DNA of 64,000 nt from Lentisphaeria bacterium (GCA_041648735.1 JBAZOO010000011.1:13540-77539); one strand, 5' to 3'; counted from the stretch's first letter, positions 1 to 8,843 are shown. The notes: a model not told the origin generated them from the letters alone. A program made the numbers and translations.

Positions 1-303
1 GAGCGGCCCTTGCCGGCGGGGTTCCCGCCCAACCTCTTCATCAGCTTCGACATCGACGCCTTCGACCCGTCGCTCGTCCCCGGCACCGGCACGCCCGAGC
101 CAGGCGGCTTCCTCTGGTGGGATGTGGTCAAGCTGCTGCGGCGGGTGATTGCCGGCCGGCAGGTGGTGGGGTTCGACATCGTCGAGGTCGCCCCGGTCGC
201 CGGCATGCGCACCTCCGAGTTCACGGCCGCCAAGCTCGCCTATCTGATCATGGGGCTGTGTCCGCCGCGGGAGGTGATCCCCCTGGCGGATGTGTTGGCC
301 TGA
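1..303 (+). CDS. speB: agmatinase/arginase-family ureohydrolase, C-terminal part (5' end lies outside the window)
   Basis: The ORF is open to the window edge. The translation ...ISFDIDAFDPSLVPGTGTPEPGGF...VVGFDIVEVAP... carries the conserved C-terminal metal-binding motifs of ureohydrolases. Confidence 0.8.
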   Translation, partial: ERPLPAGFPPNLFISFDIDAFDPSLVPGTGTPEPGGFLWWDVVKLLRRVIAGRQVVGFDIVEVAPVAGMRTSEFTAAKLAYLIMGLCPPREVIPLADVLA

Positions 304-325
304 GGCGGCCGGGGAAAGGCGGGGC

Positions 326-1369
326 ATGTTCCGGTTTGCGCAACCATGGGCGGGGGGGCTGCTGCTGGCATTGCTGGCGGCGGCGCTGCTGGCGTGGCGG
401 CGGCGGCCGCCGGCGTTGCGGATGCCGGCCGGGGCGCCTTGGCGGCGGCTGGCGGCGCGCGCCGGGGCCGGGGTGCCCCGCTGGCGCTGGCCGCTGCTGC
501 TGACGACGGCCGGGCTGGCGCTCTGCGTGGCCGCCCTGATGCGGCCCCAGGCGGGGCTGGGGCGCAGCGTGCGCCACAGCCAGGGGATCGACATCATGCT
601 GGCGCTGGATGTCTCGGGCAGCATGGAGTCGTTCGACGTGCCCCCGGAGATCCAGACCTTGCGGGAGGCGGGGCGCGCCATCGAGGCCGGCCGGCTGCGG
701 GACCGGCTCAGCGTCGCCAAGGCGGAACTGGAGCGGTTTGTGCGCCGCCGGGCCGACGACCGGATCGGCGTGATCGCCTTTGCCCGGCTGCCCTATCTGA
801 TCTGCCCGCCAACCCTGGACCATGAGTTCCTGGTCAACCACCTGCAATCCGTCCACGCCGGCAGCTTGCCCGACGGCACCAACCTGGCGGGGGCGGTCGC
901 CGCGGCCGCCTATCGCCTCAAGGACGCGGGGTCGCGCCGCCGGGTGGCGGTGCTCTTCACCGACGGGGTGAACAACATCCAGGACCGGGTCACGCCGCGG
1001 CAGGCGGCCGAACTGGCCGCCGCCTGCAACGTCACCCTCTACACCGTCGGCATCGGCAGCGACCGGGCGGTCGGAGTCGGCCCCGACTGGCTGGGGAACC
1101 GGACGGTGCAGGCGGTGGAGGAGGCCAGCCTTGACGAGGCGCTGCCGCGGGAGGTCGCCACGGCAACGGGCGGCCGCTACTTCGCCGCCCAGGATGCCGC
1201 CGGCTTTGCCCGGGCCATGGCGGAGATTGACCGGCTGGAGAAAGTGGAGATTGAAGTGATCCGCTTCGAGGATTGGCGGGAGCGTTTCCCGGGGTGGCTG
1301 GCCGCGGGGCTCATCCTGTTGCTGGCGGCCTTTGGCCTGGAGCAGACTTGCTGCCAGAGCTTGCCGTAG
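326..1369 (+). CDS. von Willebrand factor A (VWA) domain membrane protein, BatA-like
   Basis: N-terminal TM helix followed by RRR, MIDAS-type motif LDVSGSM, LFTDGVNN, and a C-terminal TM helix. Start moved to ATG 326 (MFRFAQPW...), which fits the BatA-type N-terminus. Confidence 0.8.
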   Translation: MFRFAQPWAGGLLLALLAAALLAWRRRPPALRMPAGAPWRRLAARAGAGVPRWRWPLLLTTAGLALCVAALMRPQAGLGRSVRHSQGIDIMLALDVSGSMESFDVPPEIQTLREAGRAIEAGRLRDRLSVAKAELERFVRRRADDRIGVIAFARLPYLICPPTLDHEFLVNHLQSVHAGSLPDGTNLAGAVAAAAYRLKDAGSRRRVAVLFTDGVNNIQDRVTPRQAAELAAACNVTLYTVGIGSDRAVGVGPDWLGNRTVQAVEEASLDEALPREVATATGGRYFAAQDAAGFARAMAEIDRLEKVEIEVIRFEDWRERFPGWLAAGLILLLAAFGLEQTCCQSLP

Positions 1370-1424
1370 CCGCCGCCCACCCAGGCCCACCACCGGGAGG
1401 AATGGCGGTGCCACCTTCCCCGGC

Positions 1425-1465
1425 GGCGCTTTCCGGGCCCACGCTGAAACGGGAACTCCAGCGGG
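1425..1465 (+). repeat. 41-nt dispersed repeat, copy 1
   Basis: GGCGCTTTCCGGGCCCACGCTGAAACGGGAACTCCAGCGGG; see 59926-59966. Confidence 0.75.
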
Positions 1466-1503
1466 GCGGCTCGGGATGGATTTCGTTGTATCGTCATCAT
1501 TGC

Positions 1504-1531
1504 TTGTTTTTTGCCGGTTGAAGCTTATAGT
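1504..1531 (+). promoter_or_regulatory. sigma70-like promoter candidate (TTGTTT-16 nt-TATAGT) for candidate sRNA 1
   Basis: AT-rich hexamers with 16-nt spacing stand out in GC-rich DNA. They lie about 90 nt upstream of an intrinsic terminator. Confidence 0.4.
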
Positions 1532-1537
1532 CCCCAA

Positions 1538-1628
1538 GCTTGCCCGGATTTGCGGCCGGGCAGGCTGTGGGTCTTTGGACTCACGCCGGAGGCAGGTTTC
1601 TCTCCTTTTCCTGCCTCCGGTTTTTTTT
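1538..1628 (+). ncRNA. candidate small RNA, copy 1 (about 90 nt; 5' end approximate)
   Basis: Promoter-like element plus an 11-bp GC stem (CCGGAGGCAGG/CCTGCCTCCGG) and a T8 terminator. No credible ORF. About 61 nt of the 3' part recurs at 1764-1824. Confidence 0.4.
1586..1628 (+). terminator. rho-independent terminator (11-bp stem, 13-nt loop, T8)
   Basis: CCGGAGGCAGG-tttctctcctttt-CCTGCCTCCGG-TTTTTTTT read directly. It could also terminate the upstream VWA gene. Confidence 0.8.
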
Positions 1629-1690
1629 GCCTTGGCGCCGACCGGCGCTCCGCCGTGGAGGGAATTGGTGCAAAAAAGGCAAATCGGCAT

Positions 1691-1718
1691 TTGAAAACCG
1701 CGGAACGCATAGTACAAT
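1691..1718 (+). promoter_or_regulatory. near-consensus sigma70-like promoter (TTGAAA-16 nt-TACAAT) for candidate sRNA 2
   Basis: Both hexamers are close to consensus. They lie downstream of terminator 1 and about 90 nt upstream of terminator 2. Confidence 0.55.
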
Positions 1719-1724
1719 ATGGGC

Positions 1725-1815
1725 AAGCCAACCGGGTCGCTCCCAGTTGAGCTTGTGAGTCTAGGACTCGCGCCGGAGGCAGGTTTCTCTCCTTTTCCTG
1801 CCTCCGGTTTTTTTT
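1725..1815 (+). ncRNA. candidate small RNA, copy 2 (about 90 nt; 5' end approximate)
   Basis: A strong promoter and an identical terminator hairpin with T8. The body is homologous to copy 1 (..GTGGGTCTTTGGACTCACGCC.. versus ..GTGAGTCTAGGACTCGCGCC..). Confidence 0.45.
1773..1815 (+). terminator. rho-independent terminator, second identical copy
   Basis: Same stem-loop-T8 sequence as 1586-1628. Confidence 0.8.
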
Positions 1816-1914
1816 GCCTTGGCGTTGGCGGGGTTTCCGCCGTTTTGGCCTCCGGGCATTATACTACGGCTGGGGTTTCCTAAACTTGTTTTCCCTGCGA
1901 AAAGGATCCATGCC

Positions 1915-2694
1915 ATGCATCTCTCGCAAGTCGCCGCCCAGCTCTACACCGTCCGCGATTTCTGCAAGACCGCGCCGGACCTCGCCCAGACCCTGCGGAA
2001 GCTGCGCGCCATCGGCTATGAGGCCGTCCAGCTCTCCGGGGTCGGCCCCATCCCCGAAGCCGAGATCGTCAAGATGCTGGTCGGCGAGGGGCTCACCCTC
2101 TGCGCCACCCATGAAAATGCCCAGACCATCCTTGACCAGCCCCAGGCGGTGGTCGAGAAGCTGAAGAAGCTGAACTGCCGCTACACCGCCTACCCCTATC
2201 CCGCCGGCTTCAAGTTCGGGAGCATGGAGGAGGTTGACACCCTCTGCACCAAGCTCAACGCCGCCGGCAAGCTCCTGCACGAAAACGGCCAGGTCCTGAC
2301 CTACCACAACCATGACATCGAGTTCCTGAAAGTGGCGGGCAAGACGGTCATGGAGCATATCTTCGAGCGCACCGCCCCGGCGTTCCTCCAAGGCGAACCC
2401 GACACCTTTTGGGTGCAGATCGGCGGCAACGACCCCGCCGCCTGGTGCCGCCGGCTGGCCGGCCGCCTGCCCCTGCTGCACCTGAAGGACTACAAGCCGG
2501 TGCTGGACCAGCGGGCGCAGATGGCCGAGATCGGCAACGGCGTCCTCGACTGGCCCAAGATCATCGCCGAGGCCGAGGCGTCCGGCTGCGAATGGTTCAT
2601 CGTCGAGCAGGATGCCTTCTGGATGGACAACGACCCGTTCCGGTCGCTGGAAATCAGCTTCGCCTACATCCGCGAAAAGCTGGCCTGTCGCTGA
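1915..2694 (+). CDS. sugar phosphate isomerase/epimerase (xylose isomerase-like TIM barrel)
   Basis: Translation MHLSQVAAQLYTVRDF...CATHE...HNHDIEF...LHLKD...WFIVEQD is typical of AP_endonuc_2/TIM-barrel sugar isomerases. Start set at ATG 1915. Confidence 0.75.
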   Translation: MHLSQVAAQLYTVRDFCKTAPDLAQTLRKLRAIGYEAVQLSGVGPIPEAEIVKMLVGEGLTLCATHENAQTILDQPQAVVEKLKKLNCRYTAYPYPAGFKFGSMEEVDTLCTKLNAAGKLLHENGQVLTYHNHDIEFLKVAGKTVMEHIFERTAPAFLQGEPDTFWVQIGGNDPAAWCRRLAGRLPLLHLKDYKPVLDQRAQMAEIGNGVLDWPKIIAEAEASGCEWFIVEQDAFWMDNDPFRSLEISFAYIREKLACR

Positions 2695-2718
2695 CCCCGG
2701 CCAGCGCCCGCCGCCAGT

Positions 2719-3582
2719 TCACGCGCCGGTGCCGGCGGCCAGCCGGTGGCGGCGCCAGAACTCGGCCAGGAGCACCGCGGCGGCGCAGGCGACGTTGATG
2801 CTTTCCACGGCGCCGGTGCCGGGGATGGCGACGTTGCGGTCGGCGGCGGCGGCAAGGGCGGGGGAGAGCCCCTCCCCTTCGGCGCCGAGGAGCAGCACGC
2901 AGCGCGGCGGCAGGCCGCCAGCGGTTGCCTGGAACGGCGCCGCGGCATGGCTGGAGGTCGCGACGAGGGTGAAGCCGGCCGCGTGGAGCGCCCGGAGCGC
3001 CCGGAGCGGTTCCGGCAGCGGCACGGCCGGAACCGTTTCCAGGCCGCCTTCGGCGGTGCGGTAGGCCGCGGGCGAGGGCATGGCGCCTGGGCCCGCCAGC
3101 AGGATGCCCGCCGCGCCGAAATGGGCGGCGTTCCGGGCGATGGCGCCGAGGTTGTGCGGGTTGCCCACGTTTTCGAGCAGCAGCAGGCAGCAGGGGGCGG
3201 GGGTGGCGGGCAGGCTGGCCAGGAAGTCGGGAAAGCTGGGGGCGGGCGGGCGGCGGACGAGCAGGCAGATCCCCTCGTGGTGCGCGGACTGGGTCAGCCG
3301 CTCCAGGTCGGCGTCGGGCACCACGTGGTAGGCGCGGCGGCTCTTGGCGCACCAGCGGAGCAGGGCGGCGACCCCGGCGGCGGGCCGCCGCGCCTCGCTC
3401 ACGTAGGCCCGGACGATGGCGTCGCGCCGGTGGTGGAAGACGGCGAGGCAGGCATTGAGGCCGCAGAGCTTCTGCTCCGCCGCTTCCGGGAGGGGGCGCG
3501 GGGCGCGGGGCGGCCGTTTGGGGTTGGGGGTGGGCGCGGGGCTGCTGGGCATGGCGGGCGATCTCCAGGCTTCCCGGCTCAT
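2719..3582 (-). CDS. TrmH/SpoU-family RNA 2'-O-methyltransferase
   Basis: Motifs LLLENVGNPHNLGAIARNAAHFG, LLLGAEGEGLS and IPGTGAVESINVACAAAVLLAEF. The start at 3582 gives an ATGA overlap with the bioD stop; ATG 3552 is an alternative. Confidence 0.8.
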   Translation of the reverse strand: MSREAWRSPAMPSSPAPTPNPKRPPRAPRPLPEAAEQKLCGLNACLAVFHHRRDAIVRAYVSEARRPAAGVAALLRWCAKSRRAYHVVPDADLERLTQSAHHEGICLLVRRPPAPSFPDFLASLPATPAPCCLLLLENVGNPHNLGAIARNAAHFGAAGILLAGPGAMPSPAAYRTAEGGLETVPAVPLPEPLRALRALHAAGFTLVATSSHAAAPFQATAGGLPPRCVLLLGAEGEGLSPALAAAADRNVAIPGTGAVESINVACAAAVLLAEFWRRHRLAAGTGA

Positions 3583-4277
3583 TCTGGCAGCGTGGCGAGC
3601 GCCAGCCGGGCCGCCCTCTGGAAACGCTCCGGCGAGACGGCCCCTTCCGCCAGCCCGGAAAGCCAGGGGATGCGGCCGAGGATGGGCACCTGGCCGAGGC
3701 GTTCGATGGTCTGGATGTTGTCCTCCTCGACCTCGCCCCAGGGCTTGGGCGAATTGGCGCAGAAGAGGACGCCGGCGACGCGCAGCTCCGCGCGGCGCAG
3801 TTCGCGCAAAGTCAGCAGGGTGTGGTTGATCGTGCCGAGCCCCGGCCGGCTGACGACGACCACCGGCAGCCCGAGGGCGCGCATCAGGTCGAGCATCAGC
3901 ACCCCTTCGGCGATCGGCACGAGCACGCCGCCGGCGCCCTCGACGAGCACCGTCCCGTGCAGTGCCAGCAGCTCGCGGTAGGCCGCCAGCACCGGTTCCA
4001 AGCTCAAGGTCACCCCCGCCTTGGCCGCCGCCAGGTGCGGCGAGGCCGGCAGCGGCAGCCGCACGGGCGCCATCCAGTCGTATTCCACCGGCGCCGGCTC
4101 GGGCAGCCCCGCCATCTTCAGGCAGAAGTCCACGTCGCAACTGCGCCCGACGCTGCCGGTCTGGAACGGCTTCATCGGCACCGCGTTGCGCCCCGCCGCC
4201 CGCAAGGCGCAGAGCAGCGCCGCCGCGCCCACCGTCTTGCCCGCATCGGTGTCCGTGCCCGTGATGAACCAACTCAT
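3579..4277 (-). CDS. bioD: dethiobiotin synthase
   Basis: MSWFITGTDTDAGKTV P-loop, ...VLVEGAGG..., about 232 aa. The longer 378-aa ORF upstream of this ATG is low-complexity read-through. Confidence 0.85.
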   Translation of the reverse strand: MSWFITGTDTDAGKTVGAAALLCALRAAGRNAVPMKPFQTGSVGRSCDVDFCLKMAGLPEPAPVEYDWMAPVRLPLPASPHLAAAKAGVTLSLEPVLAAYRELLALHGTVLVEGAGGVLVPIAEGVLMLDLMRALGLPVVVVSRPGLGTINHTLLTLRELRRAELRVAGVLFCANSPKPWGEVEEDNIQTIERLGQVPILGRIPWLSGLAEGAVSPERFQRAARLALATLPE

Positions 4278-5071
4278 GTGCTTCCTCCTGCCGGAGTTCC
4301 GGGGTGGCCGGCCAGCACGTAGAGGACTTCCCAGGTGATGGCGGTGTGGTGGCGGTCGAAGTCGTGGACGAGCCGGGCGAGTTCGCCCCGGGTGAGGCTG
4401 GCGCCGGAGCCGTAGAAGCCGGCGGCGATGCCTTGGGCGCGGAGGCCGCGGAGCAGGTCGCGCCCCGAAGCGCAGGGCTGGGTGTGGCGTTCCACGGCCT
4501 GGGCTTGGAGGGCAAAGCCGGCGGCCCGCAGGGCGGCCAGCGCCGCGTCCGCCCGCGGCAGGCTGCCGGCGGCGGGCTTGTGTGGCGCGACGCGCTGCCG
4601 GGCCGCGCGCAGTTCGGCCAAGGTGCCGGCGGTCATCATGGCGAACCCGAGGAAGCCGCCGGGCGCCAGCAGCGCCGCCAGGTGCCGGAACAGCTCCGGC
4701 AGCGGCCGGATCCAATGCAGCGCCGAGCTGCTGGCGATGAGCGCGAAGCGTTCCGCCGGGGCGAACGCCCGGATGTCCGCCGCCAGGAACTCGATTCCGG
4801 GGAGGTCGCCGTGGCGCTGGCGGGCCCGGGCGACCATTCCCGGCGCCAGGTCCAGCGCCAGGATGCCGCGGCCAGGGTGGCGGTTGCGGAGTTCGCAGGT
4901 GAGCGTGCCCGTGCCGCAGCCGACTTCCAGGATGCGGCCGCTGGCGGGCAGCGCCGCCGGTCCGGGCAGGAATTCGGCCAGCAGCCGTTGGGCCACCCGC
5001 GGCTGGATGCCCGCCGGATGGTCGTAGGACGCCGCCGCGGCGCTGAAACTGTGTTGGATCGCCTGCTGCAT
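4274..5071 (-). CDS. bioC: malonyl-ACP O-methyltransferase (class I SAM methyltransferase)
   Basis: FSAAAASYD...ILEVGCGTG...SSSALHW pattern, located between bioH-like and bioD. Its 3' end overlaps the bioD start by 4 nt. Confidence 0.75.
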   Translation of the reverse strand: MQQAIQHSFSAAAASYDHPAGIQPRVAQRLLAEFLPGPAALPASGRILEVGCGTGTLTCELRNRHPGRGILALDLAPGMVARARQRHGDLPGIEFLAADIRAFAPAERFALIASSSALHWIRPLPELFRHLAALLAPGGFLGFAMMTAGTLAELRAARQRVAPHKPAAGSLPRADAALAALRAAGFALQAQAVERHTQPCASGRDLLRGLRAQGIAAGFYGSGASLTRGELARLVHDFDRHHTAITWEVLYVLAGHPGTPAGGST

Positions 5072-5127
5072 AAGCTGGGAACCGGGAGAATGGAAAGACG
5101 GAAGGACGGGGGGCTGGGGCTCAGGGT

Positions 5128-5832
5128 TTAGGGGGCGGGGGCGAGGAAGTCGCGGCTGGCGGCGGCCAGTTCGGATGGATGGGTCTGGGGGAGGTTGTGC
5201 CCGGCCGGGTCGAAGAGGCGGAGGCGGGCCGACCGGATTTGCTGGGCCAGGAGGCTGGCGGCCAGCCAGGGGATGACCTGGTCCTGTTTGCCGTGGAGCA
5301 GCAGGGTGGGGACGGCGAGGGTGTGGAGATTGGGGCGCAAGTCCTTGGCGCGGAGGTAGTGGAGGCCGGCGGCGAGGGTTTCGGTCCCCTGATCCAGGGC
5401 GGCGGCGGCCAGGCCGGAAAGGGTTTCCGGCGCGGTGCCGCAGAGTTCGAAGAAGCCGCGCAGCGCCGCGGGGGCGTCATGGCGCAGGCCGGCGGCGAGC
5501 GCCCGGAGGTTCGCCTGGGGCTGGCCGGCGGGCCAGCCATCGGTGGCGCAGAAACGCGGGGTGCCGGCAACCAGGATCAGGCGCGCGACGGCCGCCGGCC
5601 GGGCCAGGGCCGCCTCCAGGGCGATCATCGCGCCCAGGGACCAGCCGACCAACACCACCGGCGCGGCGCCGGCGGCCTGGATCCGGTCGAGCAGCGCCGC
5701 CGCCGGTTCGGCGCCCAGCTCCGCCGGCGCCAGCAGCCGGGCGTCCAGCTCCGGCAACGCCGCCGCCAAGGGGCGCAGCGCCGCCGCGCCATGCGCCCAG
5801 CCTGAGATGAAGAAAGCCGTCGTCGCGGTCAT
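5128..5832 (-). CDS. bioH: alpha/beta hydrolase, pimeloyl-ACP methyl ester esterase-like
   Basis: GWSLGA nucleophile elbow and a C-terminal ..AGHNLP.. His motif. Lies in bio operon context. Start at ATG 5832. Confidence 0.65.
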   Translation of the reverse strand: MTATTAFFISGWAHGAAALRPLAAALPELDARLLAPAELGAEPAAALLDRIQAAGAAPVVLVGWSLGAMIALEAALARPAAVARLILVAGTPRFCATDGWPAGQPQANLRALAAGLRHDAPAALRGFFELCGTAPETLSGLAAAALDQGTETLAAGLHYLRAKDLRPNLHTLAVPTLLLHGKQDQVIPWLAASLLAQQIRSARLRLFDPAGHNLPQTHPSELAAASRDFLAPAP

Positions 5833-5905
5833 CGTCGCGTTGTCTCCAGCAATTCGGCCGACGGGGGAATCCCTTTGCAAAAGGTTTTTCCCGCATCTGT
5901 TGTTT

Positions 5906-7090
5906 TTAACCATTGTTGAAGGTTTGGAGGATGGTTTGGGCGGCGGCTTCGAGGTCGGCCTCGGTGTGGGCGAGGGTGACGGAGAGGCGGAGGCGGGCGG
6001 TGCCGGCGGGGACGGTGGGGGGGCGGATGGCGCCGGCGAGGATGCCCTGGGCGCGGAGGCGGCGGGCGAGGTCGAGGGCGCGGCGGTTGTCGCCGACCAT
6101 CAGGGGAATGATCTGGCTGGCGGAGGCGCCGGTGTCGAGGCCGCCGGCGCGGAGGCGGGCGCGGAAGCGGGCGGCGCGTTCCAGGAGCAGGCGGCCGCGG
6201 TCGGGCTCCGCCGCCAGCACGTCGAGCGCGCCCAAGGCGGCGCCGAGGACGGCGGGTGGCGGGGCGGTGGAGTAGATGAAGCCGCGGTGGCGGTTGACGA
6301 GCCAGTCGCGCATGGGGCGTGAGCAGGCGATGACGCCGCCGTAGCCGCCGAGGGCCTTGCTCAGGGTGCTCATGGAAAGGTTGACCGCCGCTTCCAGGCC
6401 AAGGCCACGGACCAGGCCGCTGCCGGCGGGGCCGAAGACGCCGGCGGAATGGGCCTCGTCGACCAGCAGCAGGGCGCCGGCGGCGGTGGTGGCGGCGGCG
6501 ATTTCCGCCAGGGGCGCAACGTCGCCATCCATGCTGTAGACCGATTCCACGAGCACGAGGGTGCGGCCGCCGGCGGTGGGGGCGGGGCGGGCGAGCAGTT
6601 GGCGCAGGTGCTCCGGGTCGTTGTGGCGGAAGCGGCCCAGGTCGGCACGGCTTTGCAGGGCGCCGTCGAGCAGGCTGGCGTGGACGAGGCGGTCGGCCAG
6701 GATGCGGTCGCCGCGGCCAACGAGGGCGGGGACGGCGGCGGTGTTGGTGAGGTAGCCGCTGCCGGCGACGAGGGCGGCGGGGTAGCCCTTGTGGGCGGCC
6801 AGGCGCGCCTCCAGTTCCTCGTGCAGGTCGAGGGTGCCGCTGACCAGGCGCGAAGCGGTGGCGCCGGCGCCGTAGCGGCGGAGGGCGGCGGCGGCGGTTT
6901 CGAGCACGTGCGGGTGGTGGGCCAGGTCGAGGTAGTCGTTGCTGGCGAAGTTCAGCAGCGGTGCGCCGCCGGGGCCGGCGCCGGGAATGCGCCCGCCGGT
7001 GGCCGGCAGCGGCTGGGTGGTGCGCCGCAGCCCTTGGCGCTCCAGGGCCGCCAGCTCCTCTTCAATCCATTGTTCCGCGGGCGATGGCAT
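5906..7090 (-). CDS. bioF: 8-amino-7-oxononanoate synthase
   Basis: NFASNDYLDL, SGYLTN, VDEAHSAGV and STLSKALG (PLP lysine) motifs. Start at ATG 7090. Confidence 0.9.
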   Translation of the reverse strand: MPSPAEQWIEEELAALERQGLRRTTQPLPATGGRIPGAGPGGAPLLNFASNDYLDLAHHPHVLETAAAALRRYGAGATASRLVSGTLDLHEELEARLAAHKGYPAALVAGSGYLTNTAAVPALVGRGDRILADRLVHASLLDGALQSRADLGRFRHNDPEHLRQLLARPAPTAGGRTLVLVESVYSMDGDVAPLAEIAAATTAAGALLLVDEAHSAGVFGPAGSGLVRGLGLEAAVNLSMSTLSKALGGYGGVIACSRPMRDWLVNRHRGFIYSTAPPPAVLGAALGALDVLAAEPDRGRLLLERAARFRARLRAGGLDTGASASQIIPLMVGDNRRALDLARRLRAQGILAGAIRPPTVPAGTARLRLSVTLAHTEADLEAAAQTILQTFNNG

Positions 7091-7388
7091 GGCGCTGTTC
7101 CGTGGGGCTTGGGGCCGGATTCCACCGGGGGGGAAAGCCGGCATTTCCGGCCGGGAACCGTCAGGGCTGCAATTTACACCCTGCGCCGGAAATGGGCGGC
7201 GGCGGTGGCGGCGGGGCGAAGGCTTTTGGTGGAGATTTGGGGGAAACCTTTTGCGGACTCCGCAAACCGGGCCGCTGCCGGGCACGCTTGCCTTCCACCC
7301 CGCCGCCCTGTAGATTCACGGCGTAACCCGGCCGGGGACAATGGCTAAATGTCAAATCAGTTGGCGCAACGAGAAGAGAGGGAATGTC

Positions 7389-7982
7389 ATGAGGAGAATC
7401 TTAGGTTTCTTGTTTCTGGCGGTCGTCCTTGCGACGGGTGGCTGTATCCTGACGATGAACTCAATCTTCACCAGCAAAGACGTCACTTATGATCCTGCAC
7501 TGGAAGGAGTTTGGCAGAATGGCGATGCGACATGGACAATCAAGTCATTTCACAAACCAACGGGCAGATATACCCTTCAAACAACGATGCCGGACCAGCC
7601 GCCGGCTGAGTTCTACGCCACCCTCGGGACCATCGGCACGAATCGCTTCATTGAACTCATGCCCCAAAGGCCCAATGCGATTCACCCCAAGACGTTTTTC
7701 GGCGGACACTTCATTCAGTTGCACAGTTTCTGGAAGGTCGCGCTTGACGGCGACGCACTGACCTTGACTTCAATGTCTTCGCAGTGGCTGGAAGCGATGC
7801 TCGAACAGAACAAGGTCAGCATCAAGTACGAGAAGCCGGAAGAAGGCATGCTCTTTCTGACAGCATCAACCAAGGAATTACAGGCCTTCGTCGCCAAGTA
7901 CGCCGACGATCCTGAAGCCTTCCCTTCAAATGGAGACGAAAAAGGGATAGTTTTCGCAAGGGGCAAGGAACCCGCAAAATAG
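7389..7982 (+). CDS. hypothetical lipoprotein encoded in a low-GC (about 47-50%) segment
   Basis: MRRILGFLFLAVVLATGGC signal peptide with lipobox. No family recognised. GC is clearly below both flanks. Confidence 0.7.
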   Translation: MRRILGFLFLAVVLATGGCILTMNSIFTSKDVTYDPALEGVWQNGDATWTIKSFHKPTGRYTLQTTMPDQPPAEFYATLGTIGTNRFIELMPQRPNAIHPKTFFGGHFIQLHSFWKVALDGDALTLTSMSSQWLEAMLEQNKVSIKYEKPEEGMLFLTASTKELQAFVAKYADDPEAFPSNGDEKGIVFARGKEPAK

Positions 7983-8162
7983 GATGAATGGTGCCAGCAA
8001 GGCGTTGGAGCCTATCGTCGTTCCCGCGCCGCAACCGTGGCGGCGGGGAGGGCAAGCAGGATTGCTTGTGCCACGTTGCCAGGCGTCCCGGAAAAAGAGG
8101 CGGGCGGCGGCGGAAGCAGCCATTACATTGGGGGGAATAGCCCACGCCGTGAGGAGCCGCCG

Positions 8163-8843
8163 ATGCCCCACCACCATTCGCCACCCGTGATCCCCGACCT
8201 CGACCGGGCAAGCCGCCTCGGGTTCGCCGAGGTTATCTACTGCCCCGGCAAGACGGAGGCGCACCTGCGGGCGGCGGCGGCGGCGCTGTTCAACACCCAT
8301 CCCAACGTGCTCGCCACCCGGGCGACGCCACTCCAGGCGGCGGTGATCCGGGAGGTCTGTCCGGCCGCCGAGTACAACGAGCTGGCGCGCTGCGTGTTCA
8401 AGCACGAAGACCGGACGGAGCGGGGCCGCGGCCCGGTGCTCGTGATCACCGCCGGCACCTGCGACGTGCCCGTCGCGGAAGAGGCCGCCTGCACCGCGGA
8501 GGTGATGGGGAACCGGGTGGAGCGGCTCTACGACGTGGGGGTGGCGGGGCTGCACCGGCTGATGTCGCGCCGCGAGCATTTGGAGCGGGCGGCAGTGCTG
8601 ATCGTGGTGGCCGGGATGGAAGGCGCCCTGCCTTCGGTCGTGGGCGGCCTGGTCTCCAAGCCGGTCATCGCGGTGCCCACCTCCATCGGCTATGGCGCCT
8701 CGTTCCAGGGGATCGCCCCGCTTCTTTCCATGCTCAATTCCTGCGCGCCGGGGGTGACGGTGGTCAACATTGACAACGGCTTCGGCGCCGCCTACGCCGC
8801 CAGCCGGATCAACCGGCTGGCCGCCATGGACGCAAGGGAGTGA
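8163..8843 (+). CDS. larB: nickel-pincer cofactor biosynthesis protein LarB (PurE/AIR-carboxylase-like)
   Basis: ...GFAEVIYCPGKT...VITAGTCDVPVAEEA...VVAGMEGALPSVVGGL...VIAVPTSIGYGA... is typical of LarB. Start at ATG 8163. Confidence 0.8.
   Translation: MPHHHSPPVIPDLDRASRLGFAEVIYCPGKTEAHLRAAAAALFNTHPNVLATRATPLQAAVIREVCPAAEYNELARCVFKHEDRTERGRGPVLVITAGTCDVPVAEEAACTAEVMGNRVERLYDVGVAGLHRLMSRREHLERAAVLIVVAGMEGALPSVVGGLVSKPVIAVPTSIGYGASFQGIAPLLSMLNSCAPGVTVVNIDNGFGAAYAASRINRLAAMDARE

Noticed and set aside
248-1726. 492-aa ORF on the - strand
   Set aside because: Antisense to the VWA gene, and it runs through the terminator/sRNA region. Pro/Arg/Gly-rich with no coding signal.
2719-4515. 598-aa ORF treated as one gene
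   Set aside because: Only the C-terminal ~280 aa (TrmH family) is real. The N-terminal part is an out-of-frame read across bioD, which is independently well supported.
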